From Candidatus Bathyarchaeota archaeon (GTDB lineage Archaea; Thermoproteota; Bathyarchaeia; Bathyarchaeales; Bathycorpusculaceae), in the NCBI GenBank assembly GCA_963827165.1, contig CAWGZR010000007.1, positions 1 to 54,892 on the forward strand: 54,892 nucleotides of DNA, read 5' to 3'. Shown piece after piece: positions 16,969 through 27,891 of this stretch; the stretch's first letter is position 1, and each line of letters opens with the position of its first letter. The position numbers were made by a program, and so were the translations under genes. The notes beneath the pieces were generated by a model. That model did no database searches. It was not told the origin of the DNA and saw nothing but the letters and a program-made list of their open reading frames with translations.

Positions 16969-18057
16969 TTATGATGAAATTAACTGGGGATTAAACGAGA
17001 ATTTGTCGGAAAGATACTGTGGCGCTGCATTGTAAAGCTCTGTGTCGCCTTGAAGATGAAACACTTTAACGAATCCATGCACATAAACTGGCAGCCCCGC
17101 GGTTGCGTATTCGTAGGCAGTAACAACTGGCTTTGAAGTAGACATGTCAAATGTGTAAATCCTTGCGATAGCTGCTCCCTCCTGATTATATTGATACTGC
17201 ATGTTGAAGAAAATCTCTTCACGGTTGATGCCTTCTCTTTGGTATTGAACATTTTTTTCAGCATATGGAGAGACGTTTCCAATATCGTGTCCGTTTAATG
17301 TCATGAAAACGTTTGGATATTTGTTTAGAAGTAATTCAAAGTTTTTTGCCCACGTAACATCTTTTGGGCTTTTTACAAATCCGTAGGTGGCATGACCGTT
17401 TAGGAAGTTGTGTGTTGCAACTATAATGTTGGCCTGTGGGTTCGCCGCTATAAGGTTTTCCATCCAAGTCAGGGCTGATGAGTTTGCGTCAAATTGAACG
17501 TTGATGACCATGAACCTGTAGTTTTTGAAGCTGAATTTTACAGCGGTGCTTGTCCCATCAAAGATGCTGCTAACCCAGTATGGCTTTGACTTCATAATGT
17601 CGGGGTTGAATGCCGAGTAATTTTCTCCAATATACGTGTAGTTTGTAGATTGTGTGTTTAGGAGATCATGGTTTCCAGCATCCCAACAATATGGGACACT
17701 GTTGTTATACAGAATCATCATGGCGTTATTTGCGTTAGCCCATTGGTTTTTTTGGTTAGGGATATTCACGATGTCACCGGTATGGATCACCATCTGTAGG
17801 TTTAGCGGGTGACTATTTGCCACTATCCATTTGGTTAAGTTATTGTACAATTGCGGGTAAGATTGACTTAGAAACTGGGTATCAGTGATTTGTATGATAG
17901 AAAAGCTGTCGCCAGGATGTCGAGCAATGGGGTCTTCGCCGGGTATTGGCATATAGATTAAAACGCTAAGACTTAACACTACTATAAGTGCAACCGAAAC
18001 CGCTATGATTGGTACAACCCGAGACAAATGATTTTCCCTGGTTTTGTGAGGTACCAA
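16969..18057 (-). CDS. Membrane-anchored calcineurin-like metallophosphoesterase
   Basis: DTQ, HTGDIV, AGNHD, ATH, NGHD motifs; N-terminal TM. Confidence 0.88.
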   Translation of the reverse strand: MVPHKTRENHLSRVVPIIAVSVALIVVLSLSVLIYMPIPGEDPIARHPGDSFSIIQITDTQFLSQSYPQLYNNLTKWIVANSHPLNLQMVIHTGDIVNIPNQKNQWANANNAMMILYNNSVPYCWDAGNHDLLNTQSTNYTYIGENYSAFNPDIMKSKPYWVSSIFDGTSTAVKFSFKNYRFMVINVQFDANSSALTWMENLIAANPQANIIVATHNFLNGHATYGFVKSPKDVTWAKNFELLLNKYPNVFMTLNGHDIGNVSPYAEKNVQYQREGINREEIFFNMQYQYNQEGAAIARIYTFDMSTSKPVVTAYEYATAGLPVYVHGFVKVFHLQGDTELYNAAPQYLSDKFSFNPQLISS

Positions 18058-18561
18058 TGTTTTGGTAACCCTTTATTTAATACTATGCTGACGAACAAGC
18101 GTTCTAATAGCTAGAATGGGCTTTTCTCCTTCATCAAAGCATCAACGCCTTGGTTGGATTTAATTTTTTGGCACAAATCCAGCAAGTGGTGCTCACTCGT
18201 TTTTGTTTACCAGCAAATCTAGGGTAACTGTTGCAGATAGAACTAGTAAACACGATAACGACAACCCAGAGCTTTATGCGTTCGAGCAGGTTGAATGCGT
18301 TTTTCCAAAAGAGGTTTACGCGCTCTCTTGAAATGTTTAAGTAACATCAAATCAAAATTAAAACAACTAAAAAGGAAAGAAATTCAAATAAGATTATCAG
18401 ACACCGTTGCCAGGAAATCCAGACTGTTATAGCAAAATGCAATCACAAACAAATAAATCGGTTGATTAATCAATTTTTAGATATACAGGCAAGAAAACTG
18501 AAAAGAATGGCAAAAAACCCCTGTCTCATAAATCAGTTTCTATTATCTTACGGAGATTATT

Positions 18562-19221
18562 GTGCCTATTTTTTTAGCCCCAGTTTTACTAAACTATGAA
18601 GCGGCAACGAAAACTTACGCAGCATCAGCATTGGCGTCTTCTCAAGCAACCGGTTCGCTGAATCTTTCTGGTTTAGTTCAGGTACTGAGCGCGATAAGCT
18701 CTATAGCTGTAATCCTTGGAGTCGTCTTCATTGTTGTTCAGCTACGACAGAATGCCAAATTGATTGATTTGAATGCAAAGTTAACGGATGCAAGTTTTCA
18801 GGAAGTGAAATCAAACATTTCTTTTGAAATACTGGAGAAATTGACAGATGAATCATTCGCCAGGCGCAGAAGCTTCATGTGGCAAACAGTGAAGAGATAC
18901 CAAGCTTCTAATTGGGAGGACTTCGACGATAGCGCTGACGACTTTGAGATACGTAACTTCGCATTCATGTACGACCTTTTCGGTCAACTAGCAAAAGAGG
19001 ACTTAATTGACATCGAAACCCTTGCTAAAACATTCAAGTTTCTTGTCGCCTTAGATTGGCAAGCATTCGAGCCTGCTGCAACGCATATCATGAAGCGTTA
19101 TAACCTCAAACAAAACGAAATGTTCTCAAATTTTCAGTGGCTTGCTAATGAAACCGAGAAAATACAAAAGAAAAGAGGCAGCCATTTCCCGCCAATTATT
19201 AACCTCGAAAACGAAAGTTAA
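18562..19221 (+). CDS. Membrane-anchored helical protein (DUF4760-like)
   Basis: One TM followed by QLRQN..., Y.D.FG.L...LID, F..F.WL pattern. Confidence 0.55.
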   Translation: MPIFLAPVLLNYEAATKTYAASALASSQATGSLNLSGLVQVLSAISSIAVILGVVFIVVQLRQNAKLIDLNAKLTDASFQEVKSNISFEILEKLTDESFARRRSFMWQTVKRYQASNWEDFDDSADDFEIRNFAFMYDLFGQLAKEDLIDIETLAKTFKFLVALDWQAFEPAATHIMKRYNLKQNEMFSNFQWLANETEKIQKKRGSHFPPIINLENES

Positions 19222-19362
19222 GTACTGCCATAGCGAGCACAAAAGTGGTTTTGACCTTAACCGAGTTAAAGCAAAAAAAGCTTAAGGCGAATTAGACGGG
19301 CAAATTGTTGGTTTGGCAATTCTTAAATAATTGCTCTCTTTAACTTGTCTTAGTTGTTTTAG

Positions 19363-19671
19363 GTGAGTTTCTTGGTTTCTGACGAAGAATTAAAAAGCAG
19401 AGCACTGCACAGGGCTCGAGCAAAGCTCGGGTTTTACATTCATCTGACGGTTTATGTTTGTGTAAATCTTCTGCTGTTTTTTGTCTGGTTGTTTACTCGT
19501 GGAGACACCTCTGTTCCTAACGCCTCTTTTCCTTGGTTCATCTTTCCATTAGTCGGCTGGGGAATCGGCTTGATAGCACATTGTCTAAGTGTGTTTGGGA
19601 ATGCTGCAGGCTACCTTGACAGAATGACAGAGCGAGAATATAGAAAACTCAAGTCAGAACAAGGTCAATAG
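19363..19671 (+). CDS. 2TM domain protein
   Basis: GFYIHL.VY..VN, PWFIFPLVGWGIGL.AH...VF. Confidence 0.88.
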   Translation: MSFLVSDEELKSRALHRARAKLGFYIHLTVYVCVNLLLFFVWLFTRGDTSVPNASFPWFIFPLVGWGIGLIAHCLSVFGNAAGYLDRMTEREYRKLKSEQGQ

Positions 19672-19739
19672 ACTTAGCCAAAAAAAAAGTTCCCAACTGA
19701 ATGTCCCTTGTGCGGTGCAATGCTGAAATAGTTTTCTCA

Positions 19740-22700
19740 TCATTTAATTTGGTAGTTTTCTTTTCCGTTCTTGTTTAGTTTTGGAATAGTTATGATGAAT
19801 TTTGCTCCTTCGCCAGCTATGCCGTTTTCTTGGATTCGCCAGCCGTAAACATCCATCATCTTCTTTATCAAAAATAAGCCGAAACCTGTTGTACCTCCAG
19901 TACTGAAACCTTCAGTGAAAAGTTCTGATTTATTCGCAGCGGAGATTCCCACACCGTCGTCTTCATAAATCAGCAGCAAATCATTCAACTCTGTCATTTC
20001 GCAATAGACTCTTATGGACGTGGCTTTTATGCCGTATTTTCGTGTATTATCCATAAAATTGAAGAACATCTGTCTCAGGAACGAATCCGCCTGCACACTA
20101 ATATCGTAGCAGTCATTAACCACCTTAATAGTTAGGTCTGAGAAAAGAGCCACAGCCTCATCCATAACCTTACCTACCTCAACATGCACCAGCTCTTCAA
20201 CGCCAAGTCGCTCATACATTCTTGCGAATTCAAAAATCTTAGCAGAATCCTTAACCTGTTGCTCAATCTTCGCTAATCCCTCGACAATGTCATTTTGGTC
20301 CGCATGTTTCTTTTTCAGCAAATACGCATAACCATTCACCGCTGAAAGCTTGTTACGAACATCGTGTCTAGACAAGCTTCCCACAACGCGCAACTTCTCG
20401 TTCATCAATTCGAGTTTATCACGACTTTCTTTCAAATCCACTTCAGCTTTCTTGCGTTCTGTGATATCTATAACTAGCCCTCTTACTCCTATCACTCTGT
20501 TTTCAGAAATAATTGGAGTAGTTTTCACAAGCGCAGGATAAGTAGCACCATTTTTTCTTACGAGCGTATACTCATTTGCGTCGGGGTCTTCTCCAGCCAT
20601 CGATTTCTTCATATTTCCCATCGCCCTTTCTCGTTCTTGGAGCAGGACGAACGATGTAATGTTTGAGCCTTTCTCAATGTCTTCTGGTGTGATGTCTGTT
20701 AACTCGAAAGCCCGTTTACTGAAGAATGTAATTTTTCCCGTTAGGTCAGCCTCAAAAACAATTACTGGCAAAAAGTTGGCGAGTTCCCGATACCTCTCCT
20801 CACTTTTTCTCATCGTATCTTGAACTTGCTTGAGTTCAGTGACGTCGGTTACTATCCCCAATATAGCATTGTCGCCGCCGAATTCTATGAGCGTAGTATT
20901 GATTATTGCATTAATTCTCTGGCTGCCTTTAGCGATGAGCACGTACTCATAGGGAGGAACAACCTCGCCTCTCATGTGCTTGGCATAGGCTAACTTTACT
21001 GCTTCAGCATATTCTGGCGGATTTAGCGAAAGGAAATTGAAGTCGGCAGAACACAATTCCTCTGCACTATAGCCTGTAAGTTCTTCACATTTCTTGTTAG
21101 CATAAACCACTCTTCCCTTATGGTTTATGAAAATCATGTTAGGCGACTGCTCTGCGAGAGTTCTAAACTTAACTTCATTTTCTATTAAGGACTGCTGAAT
21201 TTTCTTACGTTGAGTTATGTCTTCGCAGAAAGTTATTAATTTTCCATCCGGCAGTCTGGCGGCATTCAAGGAAACATTTACAATTTCTCCATCTTTTCTC
21301 CTTAGCCTAAATTCCCGAAAAGTTACACCGCTGTCCCTATTCTTAAATGCGTTAAACATCTCTATTGCTTGAGACAAATCTTCTTTTACTAAGACGTCTG
21401 CAAAACTAATTCTTGATAATTCTTCTCGGCTGTAACCTAATAAGTTACAAGCTGCTTTGTTTGTGAACTCTGCTTTTCCATCAGGGCTTGAAACAAATAA
21501 AGCCAAAGGAGTATTTTCAAGATAAACTTGATTCTTGTCCATCGATTCTCTCATTGAATCTTCTGTTTTCTTTCGTTCAGTTACGTCTCTCAGTATAGTT
21601 TGATAGCCAATAACTTTACCATCTACCCATATGGGGTTACTGTTGTACTCAATGCTCCTTTTTCCGATCGGTGTGATTATTTCAATTTCGTTGTGATAAG
21701 AATTTCCAGCGGCCATGTTTTTGAGTCCTTTCAGCATTTTTTGTGCGTTTTCTGATGGGACAAGGTCGAGTATAGGTCTTTTTACTAAATCTTTTTCTGA
21801 AAAACCAAATTGACTTATGGTTTTATTTACTGAAATTATTTTTCCAGTCATATCGGTTGTGATAATAATGTCTGGCGCATTTTGGAAAAGATTCCTGTAT
21901 TTCTCTTCTGATTCAGCTAAGGCGCGTTCATCCTTTTTTCGCTCTGTGATGTCAATTATTGATCCCTCGAATACTCCCTGTTCAGGACAAATCTTAGATG
22001 ACAGTAAACACGTCTTGACCTCACCGAGTTTGCTGACTAACTTTATTTCGGAATCCACCAATTGGCCCTTAGCTTGAAGAATTTTTACTAACTCCTGGCG
22101 CTGGCCCGGGTCAGCATAGTATAGCGTTGCGGGTTTACCTTTCATTTCTTCACTAGTGTAACCGAGAATCCGTAAAAGCTTTTCATTACATTCTAAAATT
22201 TCAGAATTATGTATCTTAGTCCTGAACATTCCCACTTCTGAGGCGTTGAAAAGTCGAAGGTACTTTGATTCGGACTGTGCAAGCAATTCTTCCGATTTCT
22301 TTCGTTCGGTAATATCGCTGCAAACAACAACTGTGCCTAGAAATTTGCCATTCTTCGACATGATTGAAGAAATCTTGAGTTCTGCACGTCTTTTTTGCCC
22401 GCTCCGTTTCTGGTAAAAAATTTCTCCTTGAAATTGACCTGAAGTCTTCAACTTGCATATTAATTCATCTAACGAAGGCGTAATTTGTATTTTTTTGAAA
22501 ACATCCTCTATCTTTTTCTGTAACACTTCTATGGAACTATAACCAAAAAATTCTTCGGCGGCTTTATTCCACGCTGTTATTGTAAAGTTTGCATCGGAAG
22601 AAACTATGGCGTCATGAACGTTATGAAGCGCCAACGAATCATTTTCTATTCTAAGCTTGTCACGGGATTTTTCAATTGCAGAAGAAACTAAATGTGCCAA

Positions 22701-23111
22701 TTCGTGGTAGACTGCTTCTGCGGAACCATGTTTATTGACATAATGGTCCGCACCCAAGTTTAAAGCCTGTATAACGACTTCTTCCCTGCCTTTACCTGTG
22801 AATAAAATAAACGGAACATCGTTTTTTCCTTCACGAAGCTCTTTTAGAAACTGCAGGCCATCTTTTTTGGGCATTTCATAATCAGAAATGACAGCATCAT
22901 ATTGGCTATTTGCCAGTTTTTTGAATGCTTCATCCACACAGCAAGCGTGATCAATTTCGAAGTTTCCCATATCCATTAGCATTAGTTTTGATATTTCTAG
23001 AAAACACTGGTCATCGTCAACATGCAAAACACGAATGGTGCTCTTCTTGTTTGGGGACTCGTCATACGTATCAACTATTACACCACCCGCAGGTTCAACC
23101 GCTTGCAACAC
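19740..23111 (-). CDS. Hybrid sensor: receiver - 6 PAS - histidine kinase
   Basis: VLHVDDD, ISDYEMP, FTGKG receiver; repeated DITERKK PAS linkers; RHDVRNKL H-box; DDGVGI and GTTGFGLF G-boxes. Confidence 0.93.
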   Translation of the reverse strand: MLQAVEPAGGVIVDTYDESPNKKSTIRVLHVDDDQCFLEISKLMLMDMGNFEIDHACCVDEAFKKLANSQYDAVISDYEMPKKDGLQFLKELREGKNDVPFILFTGKGREEVVIQALNLGADHYVNKHGSAEAVYHELAHLVSSAIEKSRDKLRIENDSLALHNVHDAIVSSDANFTITAWNKAAEEFFGYSSIEVLQKKIEDVFKKIQITPSLDELICKLKTSGQFQGEIFYQKRSGQKRRAELKISSIMSKNGKFLGTVVVCSDITERKKSEELLAQSESKYLRLFNASEVGMFRTKIHNSEILECNEKLLRILGYTSEEMKGKPATLYYADPGQRQELVKILQAKGQLVDSEIKLVSKLGEVKTCLLSSKICPEQGVFEGSIIDITERKKDERALAESEEKYRNLFQNAPDIIITTDMTGKIISVNKTISQFGFSEKDLVKRPILDLVPSENAQKMLKGLKNMAAGNSYHNEIEIITPIGKRSIEYNSNPIWVDGKVIGYQTILRDVTERKKTEDSMRESMDKNQVYLENTPLALFVSSPDGKAEFTNKAACNLLGYSREELSRISFADVLVKEDLSQAIEMFNAFKNRDSGVTFREFRLRRKDGEIVNVSLNAARLPDGKLITFCEDITQRKKIQQSLIENEVKFRTLAEQSPNMIFINHKGRVVYANKKCEELTGYSAEELCSADFNFLSLNPPEYAEAVKLAYAKHMRGEVVPPYEYVLIAKGSQRINAIINTTLIEFGGDNAILGIVTDVTELKQVQDTMRKSEERYRELANFLPVIVFEADLTGKITFFSKRAFELTDITPEDIEKGSNITSFVLLQERERAMGNMKKSMAGEDPDANEYTLVRKNGATYPALVKTTPIISENRVIGVRGLVIDITERKKAEVDLKESRDKLELMNEKLRVVGSLSRHDVRNKLSAVNGYAYLLKKKHADQNDIVEGLAKIEQQVKDSAKIFEFARMYERLGVEELVHVEVGKVMDEAVALFSDLTIKVVNDCYDISVQADSFLRQMFFNFMDNTRKYGIKATSIRVYCEMTELNDLLLIYEDDGVGISAANKSELFTEGFSTGGTTGFGLFLIKKMMDVYGWRIQENGIAGEGAKFIITIPKLNKNGKENYQIK

Positions 23112-23305
23112 GAAAACTCCAGCTTACCTACGCTTTAATTGACTTCGAAATAAATTCGTTATGAATCTCAAATTCTGATTACCAAAGTAAAACCTATCCT
23201 AAAGAATTGAGGCGCCCCTGGAGGCATAACATATTAACGGTAAGATTTTTTAAATCTCGGTAGTGAGCCCGTATCTGCTTCCAGCGAATTTAGGCGAGCG
23301 AACGC

Positions 23306-24031
23306 TCAAAGGATAACGGACACAAGCAAAAGTTCCGCTTCACCCTTAGCAGTTACAATCAACTCATTTTCGTTGCGAACCATGGCGGCGCCAAGAACTG
23401 GAAGCGTTTTCCCATTGAGCTCCACTGTTTTGCCTTCCAGTACATAGAGGTAACAGCCCCAGCCCGGCTTCACTTTATGTAAAACAGTTTTATTCGCCTG
23501 CAGAAAACACGAATGCACTTCCGCATCTGACTTTATTTTTAATGCCGAAGACACATGGCTAAATACGAGTGGAAGCCATTTGTTTGTCCGCTGCTCTTTT
23601 TCCACGGGCATTTGCTCCACGGACGGTTCGGCGTTGGGATCCCATGGGATGAACCACATCTGGATGAATCTCATCGGCTTATCGGGCAAGTTGTTGATTT
23701 CGCTGTGCCACATGCCCCGCCCGATTGTGGTGTGTTGGACCCAACCCTTCTTGAGAACGCCCCCTTTGCCATTCTGATCCGCATGTCTGAATTCGCCTTC
23801 CACAACGTAGGTAACAACCTCATTGCGGGTATGTGGATGAAGGGGCCACACGGCTCCAGGCGATAACGTATCATCGTTAAGCACCCTAAGAGTGCCGAAT
23901 TGGACGAAGAGTTCGTCATAGTATTCGTCAAAGCTGAAGTGCCATCTGCCACGGAAGCTGCCATTCTCAATTCTTCCCTGAGGAATGTGTATTGTGTCAG
24001 GTTGACGCACCAAAATCACAAAAATCCCCAA
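23306..24031 (-). CDS. Pirin family protein
   Basis: HFSF..YYD, FG.LRVLNDD, HPH...EVVTYV.EG..H.D, HSE, F.Q.W. Confidence 0.9.
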   Translation of the reverse strand: MGIFVILVRQPDTIHIPQGRIENGSFRGRWHFSFDEYYDELFVQFGTLRVLNDDTLSPGAVWPLHPHTRNEVVTYVVEGEFRHADQNGKGGVLKKGWVQHTTIGRGMWHSEINNLPDKPMRFIQMWFIPWDPNAEPSVEQMPVEKEQRTNKWLPLVFSHVSSALKIKSDAEVHSCFLQANKTVLHKVKPGWGCYLYVLEGKTVELNGKTLPVLGAAMVRNENELIVTAKGEAELLLVSVIL

Positions 24032-24189
24032 AAACCAAAATGCTACAAGCTCTTAAATTCGTTTTGCAGTCATAAAAAAGAATTGCCGCTACAAACTTCT
24101 TGAATATCCAGTGTGACCACCAAATGTAACCACAAACGTTTGTATTTTGCAGACTTCAACAGTCACTCGTATTTTAAGGTGGTAAAAAC

Positions 24190-25218
24190 ATGACACATCA
24201 TTATTCTGGACCGAATTTCGGATTTCCTCGCGGAGACCCCCGGGTGAATCTAACAGACCTTTTCGCGTTCCCCAAACGCAGCGACCCTAGCAAGTCGATA
24301 GTGATTATGAACATGCATCCCTCATTCGGATTGAATCCACAGGGACCGACAACCACCGAACCCTTCGCACCAGAAGCACTCTATGAGCTAAGAGTGGATA
24401 CAAACGGAGACATGGTTGCGGATATTGCTTATCGAACACGCTTTTCGCCCAGCGGCAACGGTGCAGTGACAGCGACAGTTCGTCGTGCAGAAGGTTCCAT
24501 GGTAGCCTTCATGGGCGAAGAAGGAAAAGTCATCTTTCAGGGATCGCCCGTTTCAATGGGACGCGAGGCTCAGGTAACGGAGTCTGGTGCTTATCGTTTG
24601 TTTACCGGTTGGCGAAGCGACCCGTTCTTCTTTGATGTGGAAGGTGCCATGAACAAAATGCAGTTCACCGGGAAGGACTTCTTCGCAGACAAGGATGTTT
24701 GCAGCATAGCCTTAGAGTTGCCCCTAAGCGACATCGGCGGCGGGGTAAGAGTTAACCTATGGCATAGGTCTCTCATTATGTCTAATAGCGGCTGGGTGCA
24801 AGCGGACCGCGGAGCGAGACCCACACAGACACCCTTTATGACGGACGCAGAAAAAGATGCTTACCTCGGGGGAGAACCGGCTCAGGATGAGAGATTCGTA
24901 GCGATGTTCGCACATGTCCTTGAGAATTCTGGTGGCTACACACCGGAGAAGGCACAGGCGGCTGCTAGGAGCTTATTGCCTGATGTTTTGCCGTATGACC
25001 CTATGAAGCGTGCAGCGTACCCCGCAAATGGACGCACACCGATGGATGATTCAAAAGACGTCTTTTTGACGGTGTTCAATGGCAGAATGACATGGGATAT
25101 GACGGGACCGCACACTGACCTGCTGGATGAATTTCCTTATCTGGGTGCTCCGCATAGCCCGAAGATCTTTGAAGCAAACATGGCTCAATCCAAAGAAATG
25201 GTTGCACCAACACAGTAG
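24190..25218 (+). CDS. DUF4331 family protein
   Basis: SHH-like start, D..LTDLFAF, G.RSDPFFFD, DR.ARP, PDVL, NGR...DD, FPYLG.P. Confidence 0.8.
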   Translation: MTHHYSGPNFGFPRGDPRVNLTDLFAFPKRSDPSKSIVIMNMHPSFGLNPQGPTTTEPFAPEALYELRVDTNGDMVADIAYRTRFSPSGNGAVTATVRRAEGSMVAFMGEEGKVIFQGSPVSMGREAQVTESGAYRLFTGWRSDPFFFDVEGAMNKMQFTGKDFFADKDVCSIALELPLSDIGGGVRVNLWHRSLIMSNSGWVQADRGARPTQTPFMTDAEKDAYLGGEPAQDERFVAMFAHVLENSGGYTPEKAQAAARSLLPDVLPYDPMKRAAYPANGRTPMDDSKDVFLTVFNGRMTWDMTGPHTDLLDEFPYLGAPHSPKIFEANMAQSKEMVAPTQ

Positions 25219-25342
25219 AATTCGTCGCCAGTGGCGCTAAAATCTTGAAGCAAAACGCAGTTGGCCGTTTGGACTTATCTCCAGCCATCGGCGATCATTT
25301 TCGCGGATAAAACATTGAACTAAGAAAAAAAGTGGTTGGTTC

Positions 25343-26020
25343 CTATTTAGCCGGTTGATCATACATCTGTTTAACCTTTAGGTTACTTTTTGCTTGTTGT
25401 TTCCAGCCCCTGTTGCCCATCCATGTGTACAATGATCGCGGTATGCCAAGTTTAGCCATAGACAATAATGCTTCATTTGGAATTGATTCTCCTTTTTCTA
25501 AAGCGTCAGCCGCCAACTTTAGAGCCTTTATTTGATTGCGAGCTTGCCCCTTTATCTCGTCGAGTGGAACGCCATGTATCATTCCTCCACCGCCCATTGC
25601 TAACCCTCCTGCCCAAACAAAACCAACTTGGCGTGCAAAGATTCGGAAAATAGTTAATGCAGTGTTGTTTTGGCTGGCTTCTGGAAAACCGCAATTTGAA
25701 ATTGCTACAATCGTCTTTTGAGTTTTGTTTGGTTTACTTTTTTCATGTTCGGCAATCAATTCCAAACTTTTGATCACTTGCGAATGCAGACTGTCGACAT
25801 ACAACGGAGATGCAAAAATGATTAGGTCAGATTCATCTACTGCTTCAAGCATGGCTGCTTGTTTTTCAGATGAACATAGGCTTTGATTAATAATCTCTTT
25901 TCTAGTTTTGAAGCCCTTTTTCTCTAGCTGGTCTAGCAGGTAGGTGCCAAGAGAGTTCGACGTGCTGTTAGATCCTTGTGGACTTCCGACGAGTAAAAGC
26001 GCAGTTCTTGGTTTCTGCAT
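25343..26020 (-). CDS. Flavodoxin-like NAD(P)H-dependent oxidoreductase
   Basis: LLVGSP...STS..LG, SPLYVDSL, NCGFPE. Confidence 0.82.
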   Translation of the reverse strand: MQKPRTALLLVGSPQGSNSTSNSLGTYLLDQLEKKGFKTRKEIINQSLCSSEKQAAMLEAVDESDLIIFASPLYVDSLHSQVIKSLELIAEHEKSKPNKTQKTIVAISNCGFPEASQNNTALTIFRIFARQVGFVWAGGLAMGGGGMIHGVPLDEIKGQARNQIKALKLAADALEKGESIPNEALLSMAKLGIPRSLYTWMGNRGWKQQAKSNLKVKQMYDQPAK

Positions 26021-26593
26021 CAGTTTTCACCTCCAAACGGTAAGATGGCGTCTATTTTCAGTCTGATCGCTTCCGGTTTATCACTTGAGTAGACTATGCA
26101 TGAAGATGCTTTCGTGTGAAGGTTGATGGCGTTCCTTGCAACAAGCGTCTTGAATGTTTTTTCGCTTTCGCAGTCTTGGTTTTACTAGAGTTCCAATTGC
26201 AATTATGTTTGGATACTTTTCATATCGCCCGTTGTGATGAATTTCTCCATTTACCTTTTCAAAAAAAGGCAACAGTATGGGACATGCGTATCGGTCAATG
26301 GCTTTCTTTAGTTCCGAAGAGTACATTCCAAATGTGACAGGCGTAAGATAGACTAGCACGTTGCTTTGAATCACATCTCGGGGAAGGGTGCTCGCATCAT
26401 CTTTTATTATGCATTGCCCAGGAGTTTTTAGCCAGCAGCCAAAGCAGCCAAGGCATGGAGCGATTTTTTCTTCGCGTAGCGTCCTTACTTTAGTTTCATA
26501 ATTGTTGTTCTTTAGGCATTCTTCCAAATAATCATAGGCTTTGCTGATTGTTGTTTCTTTTCTTGGTGAACCATCTAAAATTAAAGCTTTCAT
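26020..26593 (-). CDS. Iron-sulfur flavoprotein/flavodoxin family protein; 1-nt frameshift near 26176
   Basis: ILDGSPR, CLGCFGCW.KTPGQC, TPV.FG.YSS.LK..IDR; the corrected frame ends TGATG overlapping the next start. Confidence 0.82.
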
Positions 26594-26603
26594 TTATTTC
26601 ATC

Positions 26604-27338
26604 TCATTTCTTTATTTTTCCAAACGTGAATTTGATTACGTGTTTTGGACAGCTGTCAACGCAAACTCCACAAAGAATGCATTCCGTGTTCTCCATAAAG
26701 TTCTTGTTTACCATCGTGTTGACGTCGAGGCTCATTGAGCAGTTTCTGTTGCATGTCTTGCAGTTGATGCATTTGCTGCTGTCAGCTTGCAGTTGTAGTG
26801 AAGGCCAGTTTGCAAAGTTTCGGAGCTTCCGTCCGATTATCATGAATGGCGCCATCCAACATATTGAGTGGCACGTGGCTCGTTTTCCAACTGCGAGTGC
26901 AAAGATCGCGATTGCACCGCCGATAATTGCAAACATGATTACTGACTGTAAATCGTAAATCGACAGCCCATAATAGGTTTGGTAAAGCGGATCGACGGCT
27001 TTTACCTGGCCTGCTTGGATGAACATAACCACGATTATTGAAACCCAAGGCGCCCAGATAAAGTACTTTGCGAGGTTACGTTTTTTACCGTTGAAGCTTT
27101 TTTGGTTTACTTTGCCGCACAATTCTTGCATTGCTCCACCTGGGCACAACCAGCCGCACCAGGCTCGTCCCAGCAACATTGAACTTAAAAATAAACCTGT
27201 GAAGACGATCAAGTCGCCGGCGATTATTCCTTCCGAAGCGGCCTTAATGATTAAGTAAGGAGACAAGTAATAGTAGATTAAAGGAAACAGGATGGTCAGA
27301 GCTATCGCGAGTGAAAATCTTGTTTTCTGTCTATTGAT
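26604..27338 (-). CDS. Membrane 4Fe-4S binding protein (NapH/MauN-like polyferredoxin)
   Basis: GRAWCGWLCP.G, C..IC, CINCKTC...C, CILCGVCVDSCP; frame stays open to an ATC at 27338. Confidence 0.88.
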   Translation of the reverse strand: MNRQKTRFSLAIALTILFPLIYYYLSPYLIIKAASEGIIAGDLIVFTGLFLSSMLLGRAWCGWLCPGGAMQELCGKVNQKSFNGKKRNLAKYFIWAPWVSIIVVMFIQAGQVKAVDPLYQTYYGLSIYDLQSVIMFAIIGGAIAIFALAVGKRATCHSICWMAPFMIIGRKLRNFANWPSLQLQADSSKCINCKTCNRNCSMSLDVNTMVNKNFMENTECILCGVCVDSCPKHVIKFTFGKIKK

Positions 27339-27601
27339 TATTCTTTGGCCTCCAGAGGACTTTTGTTATTGAAGCAGTTTTGAAGTTCTTCTTTGCTAAC
27401 GTCCATACGCAGGGTTCCGTTGATGCCTTCAATTTGCAGCATCATTCCTTCAACCATGAATATGTTTGTTAGCTTGCCAAGAGAACCCTCGAAGAAAATG
27501 TGTTTGTCTTCTTTGTCTGCGAAAACCATTTTCTGCACACTCTTCTCTGATTTCATTTCTACCGAGAATGAGTGTTCGTCTGTTTTTCTGCTCATTACCA
27601 T
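27338..27601 (-). CDS. Hypothetical protein, first gene of the redox operon
   Basis: 87-aa ORF whose stop overlaps the next gene start. Confidence 0.65.
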   Translation of the reverse strand: MVMSRKTDEHSFSVEMKSEKSVQKMVFADKEDKHIFFEGSLGKLTNIFMVEGMMLQIEGINGTLRMDVSKEELQNCFNNKSPLEAKE

Positions 27602-27891
27602 TCATCTGCATTGCTCATAAGATACAAAAAAGATGATAAGGCGATCTCAACAGAAAATATGAAATATCACAATTGATTATGAAAGTCAGTTATTAACCGT
27701 TAAGTTTGGAGATGCCCGATTGGAGAAGATAAGCAGTCTGTTGTTCGAGCTTTCAAGTTCAGACAGACTTGACATTCTTCAACTCATAAAGAAATCTCCA
27801 CTCAGCCTTTCGCATATCTCGGCTAAACTTGATTTTACGGTTCAGGAAGCTTCAAGAAACCTAGCCAGATTATCGGACGCTAAACTAATTA

